Below, in pieces: positions 38,961 through 49,171 of a stretch of 64,000 nucleotides of DNA; within the stretch, counting starts at the first letter, position 1; every line of letters starts with the position of its first letter. Under the pieces are notes generated by a model. It had not been told where the DNA came from and made no database searches. It saw only the letters and a program-made list of their open reading frames with translations. The stretch lies in assembly GCA_000092065.1 (NCBI GenBank), contig CP000601.1. One strand, written 5' to 3'. The translations under genes were made by a program, and so were the position numbers. This stretch comes from Ostreococcus lucimarinus (taxonomy: Eukaryota).

Positions 38961-41900
38961 ATGCGCGCGCGCGGACGCGGGCGCGAGCGCGCGACGGGGG
39001 CGCGCGAGGAGGCGACGCGACGACGCGCGGGATGTCGTTGGGGACACTCGACGCGCGCGCTGACGGCGCTCGCGCCGGCGCTGTGCGTCACGCTCGGCAG
39101 CGGGGGGGAGACGATGGTGACCGTGGTCGCGATCGGGGCGAGCGCGGCGCGCGGGATGGACGCGATGGGGAACGGAGAGGGGGCGCTGGGCGCGATTTGG
39201 ACGACGGCGACGGCGGCGCTCGGGACGCTGCTGACGAGAGGGAGCTGGCGGACGAGCGCGACGGTCGGGACGTCGTGCGCGCTGCTCGCGGTGAATGGGG
39301 TGAATTTGTTTTTATTTTGCTCGTGGTGCACGCTGCAATTTCGGTGGATACACGAGTCGCACGCGGGCGCGGCGGCGACGTGCGAGCGTTTGATTTTCGC
39401 GCTGTGTCCGCCGACGACGACGACGATTCTGACGTGGGCGTTCGCGAGCGCGAGCGCGGGAGCTGAGAGAGCGGCGTTTTACGGCTCGGTCGTGTCGTTG
39501 ATCACGCATCGGATGTTTTTGTTTCCGTGCGCGAGCGCGTGCGCGGCGGTGACGAAGACGAACGGGCCTCCGTCGGACAAGCGCTCGGCGTTGACCGAGA
39601 GCGACGCCGAGTACGCCACCGTGGCCACGCTCGGCTTACCCGTCGCGTTGTATTTATGGACGAACCTCGACACACTGTTCAAGTCCCTCGATCACGTCTT
39701 CGCGTGTGGGGCGTTGGTGACGGTCCCGGTGTTGTATTTAATAGCCGCCGGCACGGAGAAGTCGTTGTGGTGGCGCGCGCGCGGCGTCGACGTGGCGTCG
39801 AAAAGGATGGAAACCGCCGTGCTCCTCTTCGCACTCACTGGATTTGCGGTGAGCGTTGAAGGTGGAATAATATTTAGTGAATTTGCCGAGTACATCGAAA
39901 TCATGGCTCCTTTGAATTACATCATGGTGACGGTTTCCGTCCACAGCGCGCTGGCAGTTTTCGCCGCGTGCTACGCAAACGCCGTCGGCGACGGCGTCCC
40001 GACGGGTGCGGTGAAGGCGACGTTGGCTCTGTCTACGTCGACCGCAATTTGTGCTTTGGGTGCACCTCTGTGGATGATTCCGATCCCCATCGCCGGATCA
40101 TCGTCATTCGTCAAATATTATTACGAGGACCGAGAGCCGAAGGATTACGGCGTGTTTGCCGCGAGTTGCGTCGGATGCTTTTCGTGGTTTCTTTCGAAGA
40201 ATTTCTGGTCACTCGATGTGCGCGTGGGAGCTTTCGACGTCAAACAATTGTGTGTCGCCATATTACTCCTCGCCGTGGCGGCTTTGGCTTTGCCAGCGGT
40301 GTTGAATACGAAAAGCGCGCGCGCGCCGACGGTTGGCGTCCTCGTCGTCTGTTACGTCTCGGCGCTCGCAACGATTGAACAAATCCTGAGTCAAGCGACG
40401 CATGACGACGATTCTTTGATTTATCCACCATATTTGGTCATCGTCACTTCCATCAGCGGCTTCTTGGCGAGTCGAGGCCTCGTCATCAGCGGGAGAATCA
40501 GTCGCGAATTTGGCTGGGTGATGCAGAGCGTGTGCGGCGCAAAGCTCTCCATGCTCTTTGTTCGCGGTTTGAAGGAAATGTTCAGCGTCTTGGTGGTCGT
40601 GCTCGCCATCACCGCTCCGCACGCGATGTCACGGCGAATGACTCAATTATCTCCGGGCGCGAGCGTTGGTTATTGCGTCGCTTTGGTGTTCTCTTTGGTA
40701 TTCGCTCGGTTTGCGATGTTTGACGTTATATTTGAACTCTCGGGTCACCGACCGACGGACGCGACGCTCTTCGGTGGACTCCTCCTGATCACGGGGGCGA
40801 GCTTGGCGTCCGTGGTAACGCGACAAAGTTACGGTGATGACATGTTTAGCAAACGATTGATGATGCTCTTGAGTTTCTGTGGCGTCTTTCTCATCACCTT
40901 CCGACCGCCGATGCCTTGGAAGGGCGAGGTGGGCATGTGGTATGACGCCGAACACGTTCCCGACTCTGAAGAAGACGAAGCGAGAATGTACGGCGTGCGC
41001 GAGAACGCGCATCATGGATGGCCGAGCTGGTTGCTGATGTTAGCCGCGCTCACCGCGATATTCGCCGTCTCGTCTCCACGACAACAGACAAAATCAACGT
41101 CAACGATTCGAATCGCCTTAAGCGCCGTGTGCGGTGGGAGCGTTGGTTTATATATGGCGCTGGAATTCTTCGTCCAGCAAGTGGCGCTGACGGCACTACT
41201 ATTTGTCGCGTGTGCGCTGGTGGGAGTGTTCTTGTCTTTCACGTACAGCCCTTCGCCGAAGTCTTCGCGCTGGTTGCCTTACGTGTATTTATCGTTCGTC
41301 TCCGTTCTCGGCTTGGCGTACGTCACACAAATGGGTGGCTCAGACGAGACTGTGGACGACCATCAGGCGAGAATGGAAGGAAAATTCGGTGTCGTCGGCG
41401 TTTTCGCCGGGACTTCGCTGCAAATCGCGTTTGCTCTGAAGTTGAGAATCAAAACGAGCCTGGAGAGCGTGCAACATCGACGACGTCAAGGCGGTACTTC
41501 ACCGTTCCTTCCCGCCACTGGTCGCAGTCGTCCGGAATATTTCCGCGGTGTCGCGAGCAGAAACGAGCACAGAGAACTCAAGGCAAAGGCGATCGCTTGG
41601 ATGCCAATCATCGGGAACATCGCCACGCTCACGTCCTTTCTCGCGTGCGTGGTGCTGAGCGATGAGTTGGCCGATGGCTCCGCGTTTTCGGTCTTCGTCC
41701 TCGCGCCCATTCTGCTTCTTCTTCACCAAGACTCGGTGATATTTCCTATACTGGAAGACAGCCAACGATACGCTCCACCGCTCGCGATGATCGTGGGTAA
41801 GATGTGCTGGGACGCCGTCGCCGCCATCCTCGCCGGCCCGAACCGAGTTCACGTTCTCGCCGCGACCGCCTCCAAGTTGCCGTGGATGACGCTCAACGCG

Positions 41901-42131
41901 TTGAGTCTGCTCCTCGCTTCGGTGAATAGCATCAATTTGGTGCACTACCTCGCCACGAGCGTTCGCACGGACGGGATGACGCTCATCTTGACCGCCCCGC
42001 TCGCCGTCGTGGCGCCGTTTCTTTCAAAAATTCCCTCCGTGCGCGCGCTCGCCTTCACCAGTCTCATCGCCGTCGTCACCCAGCACACCCTCCAGCGTCG
42101 AGCGAAGATCGTCGGGCTGAAGTATTTATAG
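38961..42131 (+). CDS. Large polytopic membrane protein (about 20 predicted TM helices)
   Basis: About 1050 aa of alternating hydrophobic segments after an Arg-rich leader. The track ORF starts at 38703, and internal ATGs at ~38961 and ~39114 are the plausible starts. Confidence 0.5.
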   Translation: MRARGRGRERATGAREEATRRRAGCRWGHSTRALTALAPALCVTLGSGGETMVTVVAIGASAARGMDAMGNGEGALGAIWTTATAALGTLLTRGSWRTSATVGTSCALLAVNGVNLFLFCSWCTLQFRWIHESHAGAAATCERLIFALCPPTTTTILTWAFASASAGAERAAFYGSVVSLITHRMFLFPCASACAAVTKTNGPPSDKRSALTESDAEYATVATLGLPVALYLWTNLDTLFKSLDHVFACGALVTVPVLYLIAAGTEKSLWWRARGVDVASKRMETAVLLFALTGFAVSVEGGIIFSEFAEYIEIMAPLNYIMVTVSVHSALAVFAACYANAVGDGVPTGAVKATLALSTSTAICALGAPLWMIPIPIAGSSSFVKYYYEDREPKDYGVFAASCVGCFSWFLSKNFWSLDVRVGAFDVKQLCVAILLLAVAALALPAVLNTKSARAPTVGVLVVCYVSALATIEQILSQATHDDDSLIYPPYLVIVTSISGFLASRGLVISGRISREFGWVMQSVCGAKLSMLFVRGLKEMFSVLVVVLAITAPHAMSRRMTQLSPGASVGYCVALVFSLVFARFAMFDVIFELSGHRPTDATLFGGLLLITGASLASVVTRQSYGDDMFSKRLMMLLSFCGVFLITFRPPMPWKGEVGMWYDAEHVPDSEEDEARMYGVRENAHHGWPSWLLMLAALTAIFAVSSPRQQTKSTSTIRIALSAVCGGSVGLYMALEFFVQQVALTALLFVACALVGVFLSFTYSPSPKSSRWLPYVYLSFVSVLGLAYVTQMGGSDETVDDHQARMEGKFGVVGVFAGTSLQIAFALKLRIKTSLESVQHRRRQGGTSPFLPATGRSRPEYFRGVASRNEHRELKAKAIAWMPIIGNIATLTSFLACVVLSDELADGSAFSVFVLAPILLLLHQDSVIFPILEDSQRYAPPLAMIVGKMCWDAVAAILAGPNRVHVLAATASKLPWMTLNALSLLLASVNSINLVHYLATSVRTDGMTLILTAPLAVVAPFLSKIPSVRALAFTSLIAVVTQHTLQRRAKIVGLKYL

Positions 42132-42570
42132 TTCATAGCGTCGTCGCCGATTGTAGAGCGCCCGAGCGACCGACTTCCTCTCGACGCGCGCGCGCGCGCC
42201 GATCGAGTCCCCACTCCTTGAGTCACGAACGCTCGCATCAACCCTGGCCCACGGGGTCGGGTTCGATTTCGCCGCGCGTTCGCTCGAACGACGTCGAGCT
42301 CGGCCCGCGCCCATCCGTCTCTTTTCGACGCCCCGCCGTCGACGACCCGGACTCGGCCGATCTTTGCGCGCGCTCCACGCACGTAAACGTCACGCACGCG
42401 CGTTCGATCGATTCACCGCACGCCTCGCGCGCACGGACGCGCGCGACGGACGCGCGAAGAAAGTTCTAGGGTCTTCAGTTTGAACGACGCCGAAATCGCA
42501 TTCATCCGCGACTCGTCCTCGATCGAGGGACTGCGTAAAGTTTTAGACACGCGAGCGTCGTAAACGCACG

Positions 42571-42999
42571 ATGCCGAAGAGTAACTCCAAGGGAAAGGGA
42601 GGGAAGAACCGTCGTCGCGGGAAAGGGGGCGGCGAAGACGAGAAGCGCGAACTCATCTTCAAAGAGGACGGTCAAGAGTACGCGCAAGTGTTGCGCATGC
42701 TCGGGAACGGGCGCTTAGAGGCGCAGTGCATCGATGGGGTGAAGCGTTTGTGTCACATTCGCGGTAAAATGCGGAAAAAGGTTTGGGTGAACACCGGGGA
42801 CATCATCCTGTTGGGCTTGCGGGACTTTCAAGACGAAAAGGCGGACGTCATCTTGAAGTACTTGGCCGACGAGGCGCGCTCGTTGAAGGCGTACGGGGAA
42901 CTCCCGGACACTTTCCGCGTGAACGATACGGATACGTTCGAAGAAGAGCGCGACGAGAACGATGACTTCTTCGATTTCGACGACATTAATGACATTTAA
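42571..42999 (+). CDS. EIF1A: Eukaryotic translation initiation factor 1A (eIF1A)
   Basis: The sequence runs [19 protein letters not shown]...[57 protein letters not shown]... with an acidic C-terminal DFDDI. The ATG at 42571 was confirmed. Confidence 0.9.
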   Translation: MPKSNSKGKGGKNRRRGKGGGEDEKRELIFKEDGQEYAQVLRMLGNGRLEAQCIDGVKRLCHIRGKMRKKVWVNTGDIILLGLRDFQDEKADVILKYLADEARSLKAYGELPDTFRVNDTDTFEEERDENDDFFDFDDINDI

Positions 43000-43070
43000 G
43001 CGCGCGCGCTTGAAAATTGTGTAGCATCATCAATCACCCGTGGCTAATTTGTGAGTTGTTCAATAAAAAT

Positions 43071-44291
43071 CTACGTCAATCTAGCCTCGAACATGTTTGC
43101 ATAAAATCTCATCTGCGCAGGTCCGTCGTCTCGACACAAAACGCCTCGGCTTTCTGCCATGTAGAGGTACTCGAGCGCTATTTCGGGCGTCGTCGCTAAT
43201 ATTTGCGCCGCCTCGTACGAATCGATTGAATGCTCGTAAGACGGCAATCGCGCGAGCAATCGCGCGCACGCTTCCTCGTCTGTGCGTTCTACGGTATGAA
43301 TCACCATCACTCCGCTTTCAAATTTACGCAAGTGCAAATCGACCCCGAGCGACTCCCACGATTCGCTCGCGCGAAGCATGTCTTGCGGGGAAACTAACTC
43401 CGTGCCTCGCGCGCGATTGAACAAACAGAACGCATCGGTGACGGTAATGATGCCGTTCGATTTTTGCACCACGGGCGTTATCCAATCCGCTAATTGTTTA
43501 CCTAATTCTCGATGAAACTCTGCCCCCGCGTTCGCGCGCGTCACCGGACTCGTAATCCCGAGACTGAGCACGAGACGCTGAAGCTCTGAACTTTCCCCTT
43601 TCCCGTCCATCGACTCCGCGAGCCGCTCGGCGAGCGTCACCATCTCTCCAGCCTTCGCCATGAGCGCTCTGAGATCGGTAAACGCCTCGTCCATCGTCTT
43701 ATTCGTCGCCTCCGCGCGTTCGAGCTGTCGATTCACCGCGCCGCCGACGCCCGCCGTCGCCGCCGACGCGCCGCTCGCCCGCCGCCTCGCATCCTCCCGC
43801 GTCGTCTCCACCGCCGCCGTCGCTTTCTGTCTCTTATACTTTACGATCGCGTTCTCGATTTTCCCGCACACCTCCTCCGCGCTCGCCCCTCGCGCGCCGA
43901 TCGTCACCCGTCTCCCGCTCGTCAAAACCAGCGCCACCCCGCGCTCGCGCCTCCTGAACAACCCACCCAGCGTCGACCGCGACTCCTGCGCTCGTTCGCA
44001 CGCCGCCACGTCGTCGTACTCGATCACCGTCCCACCCTCGGCCGCGCTCCCCGCCGCCGCCGCCGTCGCCGTCGTCTCGAACGTCAAAATCAACCGTCGC
44101 GTCGTCGCCCGCGCGACCGCGTCTCGCCGCGCGCGCGCGCCGTCGTCCGCCACGACCACGCGCGCGCGCTCGACGAGCGCGATCTCGTCCCGCATGCGCG
44201 TCACGCCCCCGACGCCGTCTCCCGTCCCGTCGCGCGCGTCGACCGCGACGCCCGACGGACGACGCGCGTCGAGCGAAAAAGTCGTCCACAC
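43071..44291 (-). CDS. VPS36: ESCRT-II subunit Vps36 (EAP45)
   Basis: The C-terminal winged-helix region reads ...ILATTPEIALEYLYMAESRGVLCRDDGPAQMRFYANMF. The N-terminal VWTTFSLD parallels the human Vps36 N-terminus FVWTSGLLE. The track start is a GTG and I found no in-frame ATG, so a tiny 5' exon or a non-AUG start is possible. Confidence 0.65.
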   Translation of the reverse strand: MWTTFSLDARRPSGVAVDARDGTGDGVGGVTRMRDEIALVERARVVVADDGARARRDAVARATTRRLILTFETTATAAAAGSAAEGGTVIEYDDVAACERAQESRSTLGGLFRRRERGVALVLTSGRRVTIGARGASAEEVCGKIENAIVKYKRQKATAAVETTREDARRRASGASAATAGVGGAVNRQLERAEATNKTMDEAFTDLRALMAKAGEMVTLAERLAESMDGKGESSELQRLVLSLGITSPVTRANAGAEFHRELGKQLADWITPVVQKSNGIITVTDAFCLFNRARGTELVSPQDMLRASESWESLGVDLHLRKFESGVMVIHTVERTDEEACARLLARLPSYEHSIDSYEAAQILATTPEIALEYLYMAESRGVLCRDDGPAQMRFYANMFEARLT

Positions 44292-44429
44292 GAGAAAAAA
44301 ACGATCAACTCAATGGTTCGCAAGTGGCCGTCGAACGCGATTTTATGGTCTCGGCGACCGACCGCGCCTTTGCCGACGACGAATTACGGGCGCGCGACGT
44401 CACTGGACGTCCCCGCGGGCGACGGCGCG

Positions 44430-46190
44430 ATGATGTCGCGCGCGTCCGTGGACGCGGTGCGCGGCGCGCGACTCGGCGCGCGACTCGGTGCGCTCGCGAT
44501 GCGGGCGAGAGCGACGCCGGGAGCGATCAAACACGCGCGGAGCGCGCGCGCGGTGGCGACGCGGGCGACGTACGGACGACCCGAGCGCATCGCGCGCGTG
44601 AAGGGAAACGACGGGGGGGCGTCGCGCGTGGGCGAGGCGTTGGAACTGCGAGGGTGGGCGCGATCGGTGCGGACGCAGAAGGGAATGGCGTTCATCGACC
44701 TGAACGATGGGAGCGCGATCTCGGGGATGCAAGCGGTGGTGAACGAGGGAAGCGCGGCGTGGGACGCGCTCGACGCGGGCGGCGTCTCCACGGGGGCGGC
44801 GCTCAGGGTGAAGGGGAAACTCGTGGCGAGTCCGGGAGGGAAGCAAGCGGCGGAATTGGCGGTGGAGGAGATTGATGTCATCGGAACGGCGGATCCGGAG
44901 ACGTATCCGCTGCAAAAGAAGCGACACACGCTGGAATATCTTCGAAGCATCGCGCACTTGCGACCTCGCACAAACACCATCGGCGCCGTGGCTCGCGTGC
45001 GCAATCAGTTGGCGTACGCGACGCACACGTTCTTTCAAGAGCATGGGTTTTTATACGCCAACACGCCGATCATCACCGCGTCGGATTGCGAAGGCGCTGG
45101 GGAACAGTTTCAAGTGACGACGCTGTTGAACGGCTTCGGCGCCGGCGAGTGGACGACGCCGGCCTCGGTCGTGGACGAGCAAGAAGCCATGGTGAAGGCA
45201 CAGGGTGACGCGGTGAAGGCCCTGAAGGAGGCGAAGAAAGCGGGAGACGCGACGAAAGAGCAAGTTGATGAGGCCGTGGCGAAGCTTTTAGATCTCAAGG
45301 CGAGCGTCGAGGCGCTGAAGAACAATCGCCCGTCGTCCGACTTGCCGAAGAATAAGGATGGTTCCATCGACTATTCTCAAGACTTCTTCGGCAAACCGTC
45401 TTATTTGACCGTGTCTGGGCAATTGAACGGTGAAATCATGGCTTGCGCGGTCAACGACATCTACACCTTCGGTCCGACGTTCCGCGCGGAGAATAGCAAC
45501 ACGTCGCGCCACCTGGCTGAGTTTTGGATGGTAGAGCCCGAACTCGCGTTCGCGGATTTGAACGACGACATGGATTGCGCAGAAGCGTACTTGAAGTATT
45601 GCCTGAACCACGTCCTCGAGCACTGCGACGAAGATCTTGAATTCTTCGAGAAGAACATCTCCAAAGACAACCTGAGAGAGCGACTTCGAAACGTCGCGTC
45701 GCAAGAGTTTGCGCGCATCACGTACACCGAAGCCGTCGAGCACGTGTTGAACGCGAAGAAGAAGTTTGAGTTCCCAATCGAATGGGGATCGGATCTTCAG
45801 AGCGAGCACGAGCGGTACATCTCAGAAGAAGTCTTCAAAGATCGCCCCGTGATCGTGCGCGATTATCCGAAAGATATCAAGGCGTTCTACATGCGTCTCA
45901 ACGACGACAACAAAACCGTCGCCGCAATGGACGTCTTGGTGCCCCGCGTTGGTGAGTTGATGGGTGGTAGCCAAAGAGAAGAACGCCTTGATGTCTTGGA
46001 GCGCCGAATCGAAGAGGTTGGTTTGGAAAAGGAGTCGTACTGGTGGTACTTAGATTTGAGACGATACGGTTCGCAGCCGCACGCCGGTTTCGGCCTCGGT
46101 TTTGAACGCCTCGTTCAGTACGTCACAGGTGTGGAGAACATTCGTGACGCCATTCCTTTCCCCCGTTACCCGGGTAGCGCTGAGTTCTAG
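44430..46190 (+). CDS. Asparaginyl-tRNA synthetase (class IIb) with an inserted WHEP-TRS-like helical domain and an organellar-type presequence
   Basis: An anticodon-binding OB fold is followed by the class II motifs FRAENS, GGSQREERLDVL and GFGLGFERL. The insert AVKALKEAKKAGDATKEQVDEAVAKLLDLKASVEALK looks like WHEP. The first ATG (MMSRASVDAV) is at 44430, and the track ORF begins at 44313. Confidence 0.85.
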   Translation: MMSRASVDAVRGARLGARLGALAMRARATPGAIKHARSARAVATRATYGRPERIARVKGNDGGASRVGEALELRGWARSVRTQKGMAFIDLNDGSAISGMQAVVNEGSAAWDALDAGGVSTGAALRVKGKLVASPGGKQAAELAVEEIDVIGTADPETYPLQKKRHTLEYLRSIAHLRPRTNTIGAVARVRNQLAYATHTFFQEHGFLYANTPIITASDCEGAGEQFQVTTLLNGFGAGEWTTPASVVDEQEAMVKAQGDAVKALKEAKKAGDATKEQVDEAVAKLLDLKASVEALKNNRPSSDLPKNKDGSIDYSQDFFGKPSYLTVSGQLNGEIMACAVNDIYTFGPTFRAENSNTSRHLAEFWMVEPELAFADLNDDMDCAEAYLKYCLNHVLEHCDEDLEFFEKNISKDNLRERLRNVASQEFARITYTEAVEHVLNAKKKFEFPIEWGSDLQSEHERYISEEVFKDRPVIVRDYPKDIKAFYMRLNDDNKTVAAMDVLVPRVGELMGGSQREERLDVLERRIEEVGLEKESYWWYLDLRRYGSQPHAGFGLGFERLVQYVTGVENIRDAIPFPRYPGSAEF

Positions 46191-46253
46191 ATTTAGTCTA
46201 ACGCGGCTGTAACTAAACTACTTAATCTACGCTAGTCTACGTCTACGGTGTCT

Positions 46254-47735
46254 CTACAGTAACGCCTTGCTAAGCGCTTTGAACGTGTAAAGTGATCCCG
46301 TCACGACCACGACAATCTCGTCGTCGCCGCGCGAGAGCGCTCCTTTCAAGGCCTTCTCGAAATCATCTTCTGAGGTGGGAGTCGGACCATGCGCTGGGCC
46401 GATATAAGCCTTCGCGAGCGTCTTCGCGGGCGTCGTTCGAGACGATGCGCCGGCGACTTGCATTTGAGTGCACACCACACCGACGGGATCCGCCCTGTAC
46501 AGCTCTTCAATAAATCCTCCGTGATCCTTGTCGTCCGCCATCGCTACGACGAACAAAAGTTTTCGGTCGGGATAAACCTCACGAATCGTGTTCACGAGAA
46601 CTCGAGCGGAACCTTTGGTGTGCGCGCCATCAGCAATCATCGTGGGCCCTCCACTCGTCTCAAATACTTCAAAGTTCCCCGGACTGCGCGTCGTTTCCAA
46701 GCCTCTTCGAATATCTTCCAGAGATGCGTCGATTTTGTTTTGAGCGCGAAGCCACCACAGAACACGAAGCGCAAGACTTATGTTCTCGCGCTGGTGCGGC
46801 CCAGCGAGAGGAATTCGAACGTTCGAAAGGGTGGACGCTATTTTACCATCCACTTTGATGTCGATGTCGACGTCCTGCGAAGCGATCGAGTCTTCCACGT
46901 GATACCGCACGAGACGCGTGTCTACGCATACGTTATCGATAACGTTCGCCCCACGCGCGCGGAGCGCAGTTTTCAACATTGTTGTTATTCGTTCGTCCAC
47001 GTTTGGGGCACAAAACACCGGACGACCTTTATGCGCGATGCCAGCTTTTGCGTCTACGATTGTCTCAATCGAACCGCCGAGCGCTTCGAGGTGTTCCTCA
47101 CCTATGTGTGTGATCACCGCTGCTTCTAGATTTTCTGCCGCGAGTACGTTTGTGGCGTCTCGACTTCCCCCGAGACCGACTTCCACGAGCGCTAAATCGA
47201 CGTTTGCCTTTTTAAAGTATGCAAAGGCGAGCGCCGTGAGGACTTCAAAGTACGACAACTGACCGCCCTCACGCTGTTGTGCAGACTTTATCTCTCGCTC
47301 TAAATCGCGCAGTACGTCGAGAACTTGTGCAGACGCATCACTTTCGCTACTCCGAATCCTTTCCGCCACGGTATACACGTGAGGGCTCTTATACGTGCCG
47401 ATTCGTAATCCAGCGGCGCGCAGGACGCTCGCGAGCACGGAAACCGTCGTTCCTTTCCCCTTCGTTCCCGACACGTGTATCGTGTTATACGCCCTGTGTG
47501 GATCGTCAAAGTCTCGCAACAATCTATGCATGCGTCCGAGATCGAATCCGTCCGTCGTATCCGTCCCAGCGTTTCGCGGGACGCCGCTCTTTTCGTGATT
47601 GACGAAGTCCCGCAACGCTTCGTCCACCGTCGCGAATGCGGTCGATGTGCGGGCTCGTGCGCGCGCTCTGTGCGCGAACGAGAACAAATTCTCACAGAGC
47701 TCGCGGTGTTGGCGCGAACACGCCGAGCGTCGCAT
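46254..47735 (-). CDS. FPGS: Folylpolyglutamate synthase / dihydrofolate synthase family
   Basis: The P-loop HVSGTKGKGTT is followed by VEVGLGG, DGAHT and a C-terminal Mur-ligase-like domain. Confidence 0.8.
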   Translation of the reverse strand: MRRSACSRQHRELCENLFSFAHRARARARTSTAFATVDEALRDFVNHEKSGVPRNAGTDTTDGFDLGRMHRLLRDFDDPHRAYNTIHVSGTKGKGTTVSVLASVLRAAGLRIGTYKSPHVYTVAERIRSSESDASAQVLDVLRDLEREIKSAQQREGGQLSYFEVLTALAFAYFKKANVDLALVEVGLGGSRDATNVLAAENLEAAVITHIGEEHLEALGGSIETIVDAKAGIAHKGRPVFCAPNVDERITTMLKTALRARGANVIDNVCVDTRLVRYHVEDSIASQDVDIDIKVDGKIASTLSNVRIPLAGPHQRENISLALRVLWWLRAQNKIDASLEDIRRGLETTRSPGNFEVFETSGGPTMIADGAHTKGSARVLVNTIREVYPDRKLLFVVAMADDKDHGGFIEELYRADPVGVVCTQMQVAGASSRTTPAKTLAKAYIGPAHGPTPTSEDDFEKALKGALSRGDDEIVVVVTGSLYTFKALSKALL

Positions 47736-47961
47736 GGTAGCGACGCACCGAGACGCGCGTGCGAAGCGCGGTCTGCGGTCACTCGTCGGGCGAGCAGAAG
47801 AGCGGCTGCGAAGTCGGCGAGCTCTCGTTGGCTCCTCGCACCGCTCGAATCGTGCGAAGAATGATGAGTACTAATGAGAAAGGTGGTAATAAAAAGTCCT
47901 AAACTCGACCGCGTCGCTCGCCCGCCGGCACGACGACGACGTGGTCTTCAAAACGCATTCG

Positions 47962-48576
47962 CTAGCGAGGAGGCGCTGGGGAGTTTTCCAAAATCACTCC
48001 GCCGACCTCGACGCGAGAACCACGCCCTGTGATTATCGTGTTTCTAACATTGTCTGCTATTCTGGGATCCAGTCCTGCACCATCCGCGCACGTCACTCGA
48101 CTCGATCGCGTCTCTTCCGATCCAGCCGTTCTGAAATCTCCCCAATACTCCTTGTCCCCCGGTCCGTCCGCGGAGCCAAAGTTGACGTACACCGGACTGT
48201 CAAACAACTCTGGATACGTCGCCAGTAGCTCTCTCTCGGCGTAACGCAACGTATCTAACACCAACGGTAATTTTTGACGAAACACGACCGAACGAAGGGG
48301 CGCCGCCCATCGTATCCACCAAGCCTCCTTCGCGCTCACCTGACAAAACACGTGCAAGCCGTCCTCGCGCCACTCCGCGAGCACCTCGTCTCTGAGCAAT
48401 CTCGTGTACCATATCGACGTTTGATCGTCGTTGAACGCGTCGCCTACCGTGAGCGTCAAATTCCTCGTCACATCGTTGTGCGTCAGCGTGTAACGCCGCT
48501 GCAATAAAGACTCCGGTTCCACCCGCGTCGAGCTCGCGTCGAACGCCACCGACACTCTGTCCGGGTCAAACTTCAA
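47962..48576 (-). CDS. SGR: Stay-Green (SGR) family protein, putative Mg-dechelatase
   Basis: RRYTLTHNDVTRNLTLTVGDAF corresponds to plant SGR RTYTLTHSDITAKLTLAIS. LAEWREDGLHVFCQVS corresponds to VAEWKK..SLHVHCHIS, and YPELF to YPELQ. The track start is TTG and there is no in-frame ATG, so an upstream transit-peptide exon is likely. The land-plant Cys-rich C-terminal motif is absent. Confidence 0.65.
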   Translation of the reverse strand: MKFDPDRVSVAFDASSTRVEPESLLQRRYTLTHNDVTRNLTLTVGDAFNDDQTSIWYTRLLRDEVLAEWREDGLHVFCQVSAKEAWWIRWAAPLRSVVFRQKLPLVLDTLRYAERELLATYPELFDSPVYVNFGSADGPGDKEYWGDFRTAGSEETRSSRVTCADGAGLDPRIADNVRNTIITGRGSRVEVGGVILENSPAPPR

Positions 48577-49171
48577 GGCGTCGAAAACCGCGTTCGTCGT
48601 CGTCTGCGCGCGCGCGATCGCCGTCGGTCAGTGTCACGATTCCATCGAGTCGCACTCGCGCCTTTCTCGCGCGTCGCTCGCGGTTTTAGACGTCGCCGTC
48701 CCCCCCCATCGCGCGAAAACCGCGCCTCGGACGTCCCGTCCCGTCCCGATCGACGCGCGTCGCGCGCGCGTCGCGTCGCGTCGGTCGCCGCGCACCTTCC
48801 CCCGTCCGCGCCCCTTCGCCGGCCGTCCTCGCGCGCCGGGTCCCGGTCGCCGTCCGCTCGCGTCGCGCGTCGACGTCGACGTCGACGCCCCGCTCGCGCG
48901 CGCGCGCGTCGCGAGCGCCCTATCCAGCGCCATGGCGTCGACGGCGCGCGCGTCGCGTTCGCGCGTCGACGACGCGCGCGCGTCGACGACGCTCGCGACT
49001 CGTCGACGACGACGTCGACGACGACGACGCGCGTCGCTGTGCCGGGCGTCGTCGCGTCGTCGGATCGTCGTCTCGTCGTCGTCCCGCGGCGTCCCGCGCG
49101 TCCGCCTCGAGCGCGAGCGCGAGCGGTCGCGAGCGGTCGCGATCGGACGATGCGACCGATGGTGCGATTGA

